A DNA stretch of 64,000 nucleotides from Bacilli bacterium (GTDB lineage Bacteria; Bacillota_I; Bacilli_A; RF39; UBA660). A program made the translations under genes and the position numbers. Each line of letters opens with the position of its first letter. Positions within the stretch are counted from its first letter, which is position 1. The notes beneath the pieces were generated by a model. It saw only the letters and a list, made by a program, of their open reading frames with translations, did not search any database and was not told the DNA's origin. Where the stretch lies: positions 3,012 to 67,011 of the forward strand of contig JAFSGC010000012.1 of NCBI GenBank assembly GCA_017434825.1, written 5' to 3'. Shown one piece after another: positions 38,993 to 47,941 of the stretch.

Positions 38993-39682
38993 TCATGAGT
39001 TTTTATTACGATCTTTCATTTTATAAATTGCATCATAAATAATTAAGTACACTGGAAATGCAGAATATAAAAGTCCCCATATTTTATCAAAACCTTCGGA
39101 AAGAAATATGCTTATTACCCCAGGAGCAGCAATTACATATAGAATTGGTAACAACATAATATTTTCAAATGCCCCCATCGGCGAATACCAATTAAGCCAA
39201 TAGCTTTGTTTAACTTTATTAGCAACAAATTTTTTTGATGATAATCCAATTATTTTGGCCACTGTATTTTTATGTCTTAAAACTTTGTAGTACTTGCCTT
39301 CCTCAAAGGTAATACTTTTTTTCTTATCAAACATATTAAATCTTACAGTTTTCATTAGTACATTACCTTTTGGGTCTACAAAAAGAAGTACATTTTCATT
39401 ATAAATTTCTTTTAAATAGAGGATATCTTCTTTAGGTTTTCTCACTACATTTTGAAAATAACTATACCAGCAATAGATACCAACAACGATAAAGAAAGCA
39501 AAAAATATTACTTCCATTCCCATGTCCATGAAAAATGTTTTGAAATTTTCCCAAGTAACAGGTTGATTCCCCCAAAATATCACCAAAAGGAAAATGGAGA
39601 TAGCCATTAATATAGTAATTACAACACGACCACCAGCATCATAATTTTCAGCAGTGTTTTTGATTCTAGTTTTATTTACCAT
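38993..39682 (-). CDS. polytopic membrane protein, hypothetical
   Basis: 229 aa with about 4 TM helices flanking a soluble insert. Its ATG overlaps the DUF2207 stop (TCATGGTAA). Confidence 0.65.
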   Translation of the reverse strand: MVNKTRIKNTAENYDAGGRVVITILMAISIFLLVIFWGNQPVTWENFKTFFMDMGMEVIFFAFFIVVGIYCWYSYFQNVVRKPKEDILYLKEIYNENVLLFVDPKGNVLMKTVRFNMFDKKKSITFEEGKYYKVLRHKNTVAKIIGLSSKKFVANKVKQSYWLNWYSPMGAFENIMLLPILYVIAAPGVISIFLSEGFDKIWGLLYSAFPVYLIIYDAIYKMKDRNKNS

Positions 39683-41562
39683 GAGCCACCGCCTCCTCCG
39701 CCAGAGCCGCCACCGGACGAACCGCCTCCAGAAAATCCTCCGCCTGAAGAACTACTACCAGGACTCGAAGATAAATTACTATTAGCGCTAGTCATCGCAG
39801 AGTTCATAAATGAACTAAAATGAGTATGATTAAATGATCTATAACTATCATACCAATCTGGACTTACTAAATGAATTGACTCAAATTTTTCCATCCATTT
39901 TTCAGATACCCCTAGTACATATGTAAATGGTAATATATCATAAAAATATGTTGGATCTTTTTGAACCATACTTTCTAATTTTTCTTTTTCAACAGTTTCT
40001 AAGAAGTGTTTAAATCCTTTTATTTTACCTAGTAATTCATTACCAAGTTTAGTTCTACGTGGCATATATTTCATAAATATTCCAATTATTATAGCTCCCC
40101 CCAAGCAAACTATAACACCTAAAATATACATTACATTAGATAACACGGCATATATTATACCTAAACTCCAAAAGAACGCTCCGGAATGAAATATTATAAA
40201 TCCTAACAAAAATATTTTGAAAATAAAACCACTATCGACAAAAATTCCCACTGCATAAAAAGGCATATAAAATAAAGTAATTCCTATTACCATTCCAATA
40301 TTAGCCAGTCCATTATATTCATAATACGGAACTAAAACTGCAGTGAATATTGATGCTAATATAAACATAAACATTAATGCATTTTTACCAAATGGAGCTG
40401 GTGTAATTATTTGTTTTTTATTTTCTTTAGCGTTAACATCAGATAAGATACTATAAGTAGTTGTATAAAAAGAATCCTCAAGAGCATCTAACGTTACTGA
40501 AGTTACCATTTTACCAGTTTCATCTTTTGTCACATCAGCATGTTCAAATGAAAATAATCCATTAAAGAATTTTCTTTCGTATTCATTATCCCCATCATAA
40601 TCTTTTAATTTGATTAATGTAAAAGTATTATTAGTTAAAAAATTCTTTTTTGCTTCTTCTTTAATTTTTAGATATCCTTTATTGGCTAAATATACTAGTA
40701 ACGATGTTACATCTTCTTTTTCTGCTTTTCCCTTATAAATAAACCCTACTTCAAGACTATTAAAACCTTCGGGAGGATAAAACTCTACAGTATCAATAAC
40801 CTTGTCATCCTTACCGTATTTTAACCAAGACACAAGCGCAATTAATACACCTAAAGCAGGAATCACAAACATTAAAATAACCATTGGATTAACAGGAATG
40901 CCTGCACCTACGAAATAACCTTCGGGTAGTTCTAATCTAATTGTTAAAGCTTCTCCAGGGCCTAATGCTCTAATAACATAACCTGTTATATCATTTCCTA
41001 TTTGATTATATCTTACATCACTACTATTGGTAGAACCCAGCGATCCCACTGAAAATCCTAATTTACTTTTATCATAATCTTTAGGCATCTTAATACTAAA
41101 AGTTATATTGCTAATTGTAGTATCCCACTCAGTTCCAATTAAATTTAGATATAACTCGTCTTTATCTTTAAGAGGATCTTTTCCAATATTATAATTATAT
41201 TTAATTACATAATCATGCGGCCCCATTAATGTATAATTTGCAGAGCCAATCTTTATTTGATACTCATTTAAATTAATTGAAGTTTCATATTCTTCGCTTA
41301 CATCTATAAGAGTTACTTTAGCTCTATTTTTAGAAACTGTACCATCGAGTCTTTGAACTTCATTTCTAATTGGAATATTACGATATATTCCATGTTTATA
41401 CTCATTAAAATTTACCGATATGCTTTCTATAATATCAAAAGTATTATTTTCATTAACTACTACATCAATATGATAATCAGTTATTTCATATTCATATGCA
41501 TAAGCAAGTTTTGGAAATAACAAAATAAAAAATAACAATAATAATCTTATTTGTTTTTTCAT
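39676..41562 (-). CDS. DUF2207-family membrane protein with a Gly-rich C-terminal tail
   Basis: Has a signal peptide, the YEITDYHIDVVVNENNTFDIIESISVNF..HGIYRNIP N-domain typical of DUF2207, several TM helices, and the tail SSSGGGFSGGGSSGGGSGGGGGGSW. I placed the start at MKKQIRL, behind SD aggag. Confidence 0.85.
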   Translation of the reverse strand: MKKQIRLLLLFFILLFPKLAYAYEYEITDYHIDVVVNENNTFDIIESISVNFNEYKHGIYRNIPIRNEVQRLDGTVSKNRAKVTLIDVSEEYETSINLNEYQIKIGSANYTLMGPHDYVIKYNYNIGKDPLKDKDELYLNLIGTEWDTTISNITFSIKMPKDYDKSKLGFSVGSLGSTNSSDVRYNQIGNDITGYVIRALGPGEALTIRLELPEGYFVGAGIPVNPMVILMFVIPALGVLIALVSWLKYGKDDKVIDTVEFYPPEGFNSLEVGFIYKGKAEKEDVTSLLVYLANKGYLKIKEEAKKNFLTNNTFTLIKLKDYDGDNEYERKFFNGLFSFEHADVTKDETGKMVTSVTLDALEDSFYTTTYSILSDVNAKENKKQIITPAPFGKNALMFMFILASIFTAVLVPYYEYNGLANIGMVIGITLFYMPFYAVGIFVDSGFIFKIFLLGFIIFHSGAFFWSLGIIYAVLSNVMYILGVIVCLGGAIIIGIFMKYMPRRTKLGNELLGKIKGFKHFLETVEKEKLESMVQKDPTYFYDILPFTYVLGVSEKWMEKFESIHLVSPDWYDSYRSFNHTHFSSFMNSAMTSANSNLSSSPGSSSSGGGFSGGGSSGGGSGGGGGGSW

Positions 41563-41569
41563 AGTACTC

Positions 41570-42118
41570 CTAAATATCAATCTTTATGTTTTTGCGCTCT
41601 TCGTTAGAGGCTTCGAACATATCTTTTACTTTAAACTTCATTACTTTAGCCACAATGTTGCTAGGAAACATTTCAACTTTATTGTTAAATATTCTTACAG
41701 TAGCATTGTAATATTTACGTGAATTAGCAATTTCATCTTCAACTTCTGTTAATTCTTTACTTAAATTAAGGAAGTTTTCATTTGCTTTTAATTCAGGATA
41801 AGCCTCTGCTAACATCATGATTTTACTAATGTCTTCCGCTAATTTTGTATTAATGTCAAGTTTCTCTTTGTTTGACATATTATCATAGTTATTATTACGT
41901 AAATTGATTACTTCAGTTAAAGTTTCTTTTTCGTGTTTAGCATATCCCTTTACTACTTCTACTAAGTTAGGAATTAAATCCCATCTTTTCTTAAGATATA
42001 CATCCATTGTTGAAAATGCTTCTTTAACACGATTATCAGCATTAACAAAACTATTGTACATAATAAAACTTACTATAATAAGTAAAACAACTATTCCCCC
42101 GATTACATATCCTAACAT
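41570..42118 (-). CDS. lemA: LemA-family protein
   Basis: Has an N-terminal TM helix and the LemA motifs (NLRNNNYDN..., EDEIANSRKYYNATVRIFNNKVEMFPSNIVA). Confidence 0.88.
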   Translation of the reverse strand: MLGYVIGGIVVLLIIVSFIMYNSFVNADNRVKEAFSTMDVYLKKRWDLIPNLVEVVKGYAKHEKETLTEVINLRNNNYDNMSNKEKLDINTKLAEDISKIMMLAEAYPELKANENFLNLSKELTEVEDEIANSRKYYNATVRIFNNKVEMFPSNIVAKVMKFKVKDMFEASNEERKNIKIDI

Positions 42119-42151
42119 ATTATCTACGCTCCTTTATCTTAAAATAATTAT

Positions 42152-42183
42152 AGCATAAAAAAACTGATTATCATTAATCAGTT
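42152..42183 (-). terminator. intrinsic terminator after the 327-aa gene
   Basis: aactgattaatgataatcagtt followed by a T-run on the minus strand, directly after the stop codon. Confidence 0.7.
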
Positions 42184-43167
42184 TTAACATAAATCAAATT
42201 TATCAAATTCTCTACGACGTACGTATGCATCCTTTTCTGATTGTAACATGTCTTCAGAAATATTAGGGTTATTTTGAACAACGCTTTGATCATATTCTGC
42301 GCTTATATTTTGCATCTTTACAATCGTTTCATGAATTGAATGCAATAACGCAATTAGTTCATCTTTTTTATCTACGTCAGTTAAGTTATTAATACGTTTA
42401 TAAACAGTATCAAATATTACATATAAATCGGCAATGCCTATTCCCAAATCAACTGAGTTTCTAATTGCAGTGTAATCACCTGCTCTTTGACTTTGTAACG
42501 CAATTATTTTATCAAATGTTTCTTCTTTACTAAGATCACTAGGAAGCTTACTTGTATCAAATGTTAAATCATTTAAAGATATTTCATTCATATATGATGA
42601 TATACTACGAAAATGCATATCTAAAATCATCTTAAATGCAGATCCTGTTGTTTTATATTGAACTACTCCATTAGCATATGAAGGTACAACTTCCATATTG
42701 TCTAAATATTCAACACTTGTATTTCTTGGATAATTAGTACGTACTTGATATGTTTTTTGAGTAAAATCAAGTGTAGGATCAAACTCTAATCTATTAAATC
42801 CTAACTCTTTAATTCTATTTAGAACCGCAAGAATTTGGTCCAACTCATCACGATGCTCTACTACATAGTTATAAAATGAAGAAAAGTTTTTAACATCTCC
42901 GAGTAAACCATATCCCTCATTAATAAATAGCATTATGTTAGAATACATATTAATAGTATCTATAACATCTTTATTTTCTGCATAAAACTTTCTAGCGCTC
43001 ATAGAAAAAGAAAAACGTCCATGAGAAACCTTAAATAACTCAAGAGCAAAATTATTATTGGAACCATTTTCTTGTTTTATTCTTTCCTCAAAAGTAGGAA
43101 AATCGTCAATTATATGACATATAGCAATTAAATTATTAACCATTGAAGTATTACTTTTCATTTTCAC
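42184..43167 (-). CDS. hypothetical protein
   Basis: 327 aa, predicted helical and soluble, with SD aaggaggag. It lies 38 nt downstream of the kinase-like gene. No family recognised. Confidence 0.65.
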   Translation of the reverse strand: MKMKSNTSMVNNLIAICHIIDDFPTFEERIKQENGSNNNFALELFKVSHGRFSFSMSARKFYAENKDVIDTINMYSNIMLFINEGYGLLGDVKNFSSFYNYVVEHRDELDQILAVLNRIKELGFNRLEFDPTLDFTQKTYQVRTNYPRNTSVEYLDNMEVVPSYANGVVQYKTTGSAFKMILDMHFRSISSYMNEISLNDLTFDTSKLPSDLSKEETFDKIIALQSQRAGDYTAIRNSVDLGIGIADLYVIFDTVYKRINNLTDVDKKDELIALLHSIHETIVKMQNISAEYDQSVVQNNPNISEDMLQSEKDAYVRRREFDKFDLC

Positions 43168-43205
43168 TCCTCCTTCAACAACAATTATTATAGCATGTTT
43201 TTATA

Positions 43206-43925
43206 TTATTTTCTTATTTGTGATATTATGTATTCTCCATTAAAATCTTTAGGGTTGCGCATTGATTCTACGGTTTTAATCGCAGGCCCCTTAAATAACT
43301 TTGTTAATGCAGATTCGGTACTCCAAAAAGCATCTAAACCTAAAGCTCCTAAAGTCATATTATTATGCATATAGGCATGAACACTATCATCTATTCCACG
43401 GATACTTTCATAATCTGCTAAAGCAGATGGTAGTTTATCCATTGGATATCTACCAAATTTAATATTATCCATATCACAAAATTGGACTTCTCCCGTAGCT
43501 CGATTAAATAAAATATTACGAGGATCTAAATCACCATAAACAATACCTTTACTTGTAAAATAATCTAGAATCTCTTTTGTATGTTTTAAAAATCTAATTA
43601 GTTCTTCGGGTTTTAACTGATAAAGTTTATAAGTATCAAAATTACAATCAGTTGTCATTTCATATCCAATTATCACATCATTAAGACTTATAGTACTAAC
43701 AGGTCTTACACTGTAGTCTATTGGTGTGTTATATAGTTCAATTATCTTTTTTTCTTTATTTTCTCCCATAGCTTTAGGCTTACCATAATCAGTAAATATT
43801 TTATATAAAGTATTGTATTGACCACTTTCACAAATAGTTGCTTCGCCTCCAATGCATACTTTGTTGTAAGCAAGGATACTTCTTACCTGTTCTTCAGTCA
43901 AATTAATATTAGGAATCAACCTCAT
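43206..43925 (-). CDS. small protein-kinase-like (Kdo/WaaP- or APH-like) protein
   Basis: Has the catalytic loop IVYGDLDPRNILF and a metal-binding FCDMDN (DFG-equivalent). I placed the start at MRLIPNI, behind SD ggggggtg (the track ORF extends to 43985). Confidence 0.7.
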   Translation of the reverse strand: MRLIPNINLTEEQVRSILAYNKVCIGGEATICESGQYNTLYKIFTDYGKPKAMGENKEKKIIELYNTPIDYSVRPVSTISLNDVIIGYEMTTDCNFDTYKLYQLKPEELIRFLKHTKEILDYFTSKGIVYGDLDPRNILFNRATGEVQFCDMDNIKFGRYPMDKLPSALADYESIRGIDDSVHAYMHNNMTLGALGLDAFWSTESALTKLFKGPAIKTVESMRNPKDFNGEYIISQIRK

Positions 43926-44073
43926 TATAACACCCCCCAAACTTAAGGATGTATTATAGCACAAATTGTACATTACCGCCATCATAATATATGTTTTTTT
44001 GAATTAAGATTAATCTTGAAAATAAGTATGCTTAATAGTACTATATAATCTAAGTTTATAGGAGTGAAGTTTT

Positions 44074-45339
44074 ATGGACATTAAAAAAATTTATACGGAT
44101 ACTACTAATATCAATATTGATGAACAAAAGAAAATATGGGACGAACGCGGCAAAGGATATTACGGAGAATATATGGTATTTAGAGAATTATATCAACACA
44201 TCTACGGAGAATGTAAAATACTTATGAATTTGAATATCCCTATTTCTAATGACAAAACTACTGAAATTGATTTATTAATGATTCATGAAACAGGAATTTA
44301 TGTTTTTGAAATAAAATATTTTAAAGGTACCATCTACGGAAAAGATACAGACAAAACATGGACTCAATATTTTAGAACAAGCAGCAATAACAAGTTCAAA
44401 AACCCTATGTTACAAAATGAATATCATATAAACGCTATTCAAAATATTTTCCCAAACGCGTCAATACATTCAGTAATTGTATTCACCAGCGATGAATGTA
44501 ACTTAAAAGTAGAAAATAAAAATCTGAATATTGATCTATGCACATTGTATGATTTATGTAGAACTCTTGAAACAAGATTTAATTCCAATGCTCAAATATA
44601 TTCCGGAGAAGAAACTGACTTAATGTTTAATAGTTTAATTAAGTACTCGCAAATGAAAGAGCCTGTTTTATATGACGGTACTGTATTATCATTTTCTGAA
44701 TGGTTACAACCAATCATAGAAGCATTAAAAGAAAACCAAGAAAAAACTGAAGAAGAAAAAAACAGCTATACGCTGTCTATTAAAAATTTACAAAAATCAA
44801 GAATTAAAAATCGAATTGTAACTGCAATAATTGCAATTATTTGTATAATATGTTCATTAATATACTCAGGTATAGTCGAAGATGAATACAACGAAAGACT
44901 AAATATCTTTAAACAGAATTTTATGCATGTTGATGAAATAGGAAATGAATATATCGACAAATTAAATGACTTTGTAACTGTTTCGAATATACAATTAGAC
45001 GAATTATCAGACTACGCGGTTTCCTTTTCTGCTCGACTTAGTTTATCAAACGATATATATGGAATCTTGCTTAATGAAAGCTCAAAGTATATAGTAATCA
45101 CTAATACTGGAAATGTGTATGAATATGACGTATTTGGAGATCACTTATCCTATAATAAATATAATAATATAATAGGAAAAGGAATACGCAATTATGGAGA
45201 TTTATCAAAAGCTCAGTTTTACGGAGTAAATATAAACAATATTTCATACATAAAAATTACAAATATAGAATTGTTTAAATTAGATATTAAACGAACGACT
45301 ATTAAAGAAAACCTTGAATTAGAATTATACAAAAAATAG
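44074..45339 (+). CDS. NERD-domain protein with a central TM helix and an unknown C-terminal domain
   Basis: Has a NERD core (GEYMVFRELYQ..., TEIDLLMIHETGIYVFEIKYFKGTIYG, KNPMLQNEYH), a TM helix (IVTAIIAIICIICSLIYSGIV), and about 150 aa of unassigned C-terminus. Confidence 0.8.
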   Translation: MDIKKIYTDTTNINIDEQKKIWDERGKGYYGEYMVFRELYQHIYGECKILMNLNIPISNDKTTEIDLLMIHETGIYVFEIKYFKGTIYGKDTDKTWTQYFRTSSNNKFKNPMLQNEYHINAIQNIFPNASIHSVIVFTSDECNLKVENKNLNIDLCTLYDLCRTLETRFNSNAQIYSGEETDLMFNSLIKYSQMKEPVLYDGTVLSFSEWLQPIIEALKENQEKTEEEKNSYTLSIKNLQKSRIKNRIVTAIIAIICIICSLIYSGIVEDEYNERLNIFKQNFMHVDEIGNEYIDKLNDFVTVSNIQLDELSDYAVSFSARLSLSNDIYGILLNESSKYIVITNTGNVYEYDVFGDHLSYNKYNNIIGKGIRNYGDLSKAQFYGVNINNISYIKITNIELFKLDIKRTTIKENLELELYKK

Positions 45340-45372
45340 TTTACAAGCTTACTGATAAATAATCATCAAAAA

Positions 45373-46173
45373 TTATAACTCCAAACTTTGCATATCTTTA
45401 TTATCATATTTTATACATTCGTTATAATTAATTTTTTTTACATCATATATAATAGCACTAGGAAAATGCAACTCTACTTCTGCTTTAAAAATCTTATATG
45501 GACACATCCATACTAAATAATCAATATTAGAATTTTCTATAATATTCAACATATTATAATCTAGCCACCACTTATGAGGTTCAGCATATATTCTCTCGCC
45601 AACATACTTCGGCCTTTTTTCATCAAAACATTTAACATATGGTGACGATTCATCAAACACAAAAAATATCACTTTGAATCCCGGATGATTCTCTTTATAT
45701 ATTTCAATTTTCTTTATATGCTTTTCAATGATTCTTTTAAAGTTATTAACATAAAAATCGTAATTATGATCCTGGTAACCCCTTAATCCACTATCCGGAG
45801 TAATAAACAAATGACCTCTCTCTGCGATTTCTTTAAACATCTCATTTTTACTTATAAGTTCTTTTACTAATTTGCTTTCTCGTTCATTATGTCGATTAAT
45901 GACTCTACCATTTTCATCTACATACGCATGATCATCTATTCTCATAACATCCATCATTAATTTCAATTTATCATTATAAAAATCAGGCGGCAATTGATTT
46001 TTAGCAGAAGTATCAATCCACCATTTCCATTTTCTAGCATTATAAATGGATGTGCATACCTTAGCAGTTTTTAAATTTCTAGGAATTAAACCAATTTCGT
46101 TGCTTTTTAACATTTGAAAAGCATTCATTATTCGTTCTTCTTTATCATATCTATTCAATAAAAATCCCCCCAT
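45373..46173 (-). CDS. hypothetical protein
   Basis: 266-aa ORF convergent with the NERD gene. No family recognised. The start codon is uncertain (an alternative is MNAFQML). Confidence 0.55.
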   Translation of the reverse strand: MGGFLLNRYDKEERIMNAFQMLKSNEIGLIPRNLKTAKVCTSIYNARKWKWWIDTSAKNQLPPDFYNDKLKLMMDVMRIDDHAYVDENGRVINRHNERESKLVKELISKNEMFKEIAERGHLFITPDSGLRGYQDHNYDFYVNNFKRIIEKHIKKIEIYKENHPGFKVIFFVFDESSPYVKCFDEKRPKYVGERIYAEPHKWWLDYNMLNIIENSNIDYLVWMCPYKIFKAEVELHFPSAIIYDVKKINYNECIKYDNKDMQSLEL

Positions 46174-46222
46174 ACTATTTGTTAAAAACTATTATTTTCA
46201 AAACGAATTCCACTTTTTAAAA

Positions 46223-47101
46223 TTAAAACTTCTTTTCAAAATCTCCTTTGATACCTACTCCATCACTCTTAACCATAAATGCATCAAAGTCACATTCTTT
46301 TATTTTTCTTTCTAGTTTTATAAGTTCATATTTACTAAGTGCAGTATATATAATATAGGTTCTTGAATCATCATAACCACCTTTAGCATCCCAGTAAGTA
46401 AAGTCTCTTTGTAATTCGTTCTTAATATAATTGTTGATATCTTTTGGATTTTTCTTACAAAAGACAAATGCTGTTGAACATATATTTTGTTCATGCATTT
46501 TATCAATAGTTAAACTATCTACAAAAGAATAAATAATTGAATAAATCATTGTTTCAAATCCATACATAATACCTGCGATGGAATATGTAAAAATATTGAT
46601 TACAAGACCTAATTTACCTACAGATAGTTCATTGTTCTTTTTAGCCATTACAATACCTACGATATCAGTTCCTCCGGTTGAAGCACCACACGAAAGAACA
46701 ATTCCAAGGCCTGCTCCTCCGAGTAAACCTCCAACTAAAACATTTGTAAGTAAATCATTGACAACAGGATTAGTTGGTATTAATGAAAGCATAACTGTTT
46801 GAAGTGATATAACAATTAATGTTCTTAAAAAGAATGTCTTACTAATATTTTTATATGCAATAAAAAATAATGGAATATTTAGTAAATAATATAAAATACC
46901 ACTAAAGTCAAAACTAGTTTTAAGACCAAATACATCAATAACAATACTTCTTATTAACTGAGATATACCCAGTACTCCTCCAGTATATAAGTTATTTGGA
47001 ACAATAAATATATTTACTGAGATACAGAACATTAGTGAACCAAGAATCATCTTAAAAACATCTTTCATATTCCAATCAATTAATTTAATAATTTTTTTCA
47101 T
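46223..47101 (-). CDS. YitT-family membrane protein (DUF2179 C-terminal domain)
   Basis: I placed the start at MKKIIKLIDW, behind SD aagagg (the track ORF extends to 47140). It has a 5-TM core with GGVLGISQLI and GASTGGTDIVG motifs and a C-terminal soluble domain. Confidence 0.8.
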   Translation of the reverse strand: MKKIIKLIDWNMKDVFKMILGSLMFCISVNIFIVPNNLYTGGVLGISQLIRSIVIDVFGLKTSFDFSGILYYLLNIPLFFIAYKNISKTFFLRTLIVISLQTVMLSLIPTNPVVNDLLTNVLVGGLLGGAGLGIVLSCGASTGGTDIVGIVMAKKNNELSVGKLGLVINIFTYSIAGIMYGFETMIYSIIYSFVDSLTIDKMHEQNICSTAFVFCKKNPKDINNYIKNELQRDFTYWDAKGGYDDSRTYIIYTALSKYELIKLERKIKECDFDAFMVKSDGVGIKGDFEKKF

Positions 47102-47224
47102 ACTAATACCTCTTTCTTTCGCGCTTAGTAATTTTAACATATTAAAATAAAAAGTAAAGATGTTTTTAATATCTTTACTAGAACCTAATTACAATTATCT
47201 TTATAGTAAACATAATAATCGTGA

Positions 47225-47878
47225 TTATTTAAACCATACGGTTTTCTTATTATATTCAATTATAAAACTTTCTGGTTTCTCACCATTCTGTATCTTATTA
47301 TAAAAATCAATAAGTTTTTTTTGATATTTTTTTAATATGTATAAAATATGGTCTATTTCTTTCTTGGTAAAAAAGTCTTTTAAATCATACTTGTCATTTT
47401 TTAATTTCTGAAACGAGTTTAATTCTATTCTTACGCACTGATTATAATTGGTTTTATAAATATGCACATGAGGTAATTCTTTATGATTTGATTCATTAGG
47501 ATTAATTCTAATATTCGCCAACTCGTTAATTATAGCGCCATTACCTCCACCAACACACTCATTAAAATATATCAATAAGTAAGGATCACCAATCTCATGT
47601 ATTTCCAAAAATTTTTTTAAGCTAAAATCAACATTAGCATAGACTGTTTTCCTTTTAATTTTAAAAGCAAACCGATCTGTTAGTTCTTCATCAAAACAAT
47701 CATCACTCCCACAAAGATTATTTAATAAAAAATTAAATAAGTCTCTTATTTTAGTAAATTCATCATATTCAAAAGTATAAACTTTTCTCATTTTTTTTAA
47801 AAAGTTTGCATCACAACAGCCCTCTTCTAGAACGTCGTTTAAAAGTCTGACATTTATAGATATTTTTTCTGCTGACAT
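47225..47878 (-). CDS. DUF4160-domain protein with a novel ~115-aa Cys-rich N-terminal extension
   Basis: The C-terminal part NESNHKELPHVHIYKTNYNQCVRIELNSFQKL...EIDHILYILKKYQKKLIDFYNKI fits the DUF4160 signature (E.H.pPHfHv...). The N-terminal part has EEGCCDANF, CGSDDCF and NECVGGGNG. I placed the start at MSAEKIS, behind SD aaaggaga (the track ORF extends to 47935). Confidence 0.65.
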   Translation of the reverse strand: MSAEKISINVRLLNDVLEEGCCDANFLKKMRKVYTFEYDEFTKIRDLFNFLLNNLCGSDDCFDEELTDRFAFKIKRKTVYANVDFSLKKFLEIHEIGDPYLLIYFNECVGGGNGAIINELANIRINPNESNHKELPHVHIYKTNYNQCVRIELNSFQKLKNDKYDLKDFFTKKEIDHILYILKKYQKKLIDFYNKIQNGEKPESFIIEYNKKTVWFK

Positions 47879-47941
47879 AACAAACTCTCCTTTATTTAAT
47901 TTATTTTCTAAAAAAAAATTTAAAAAGTCAAGCAAATTCCT

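Noticed and set aside
39676-39770. Conspicuous GC-rich patch (ccaccgcctcctccgccagagccgccacc...) that might be a foreign insert or repeat element
   Set aside because: It is simply the GGN/AGY codon run encoding the Gly/Ser tail typical of DUF2207 proteins. It incidentally supplies the SD of the next gene.
46318-46506. Nested same-strand small ORFs (46318-46506 inside yitT; 47971-48159 inside the TM-protein gene)
   Set aside because: They are alternative-frame ORFs within supported genes, with no SD and no recognisable features.
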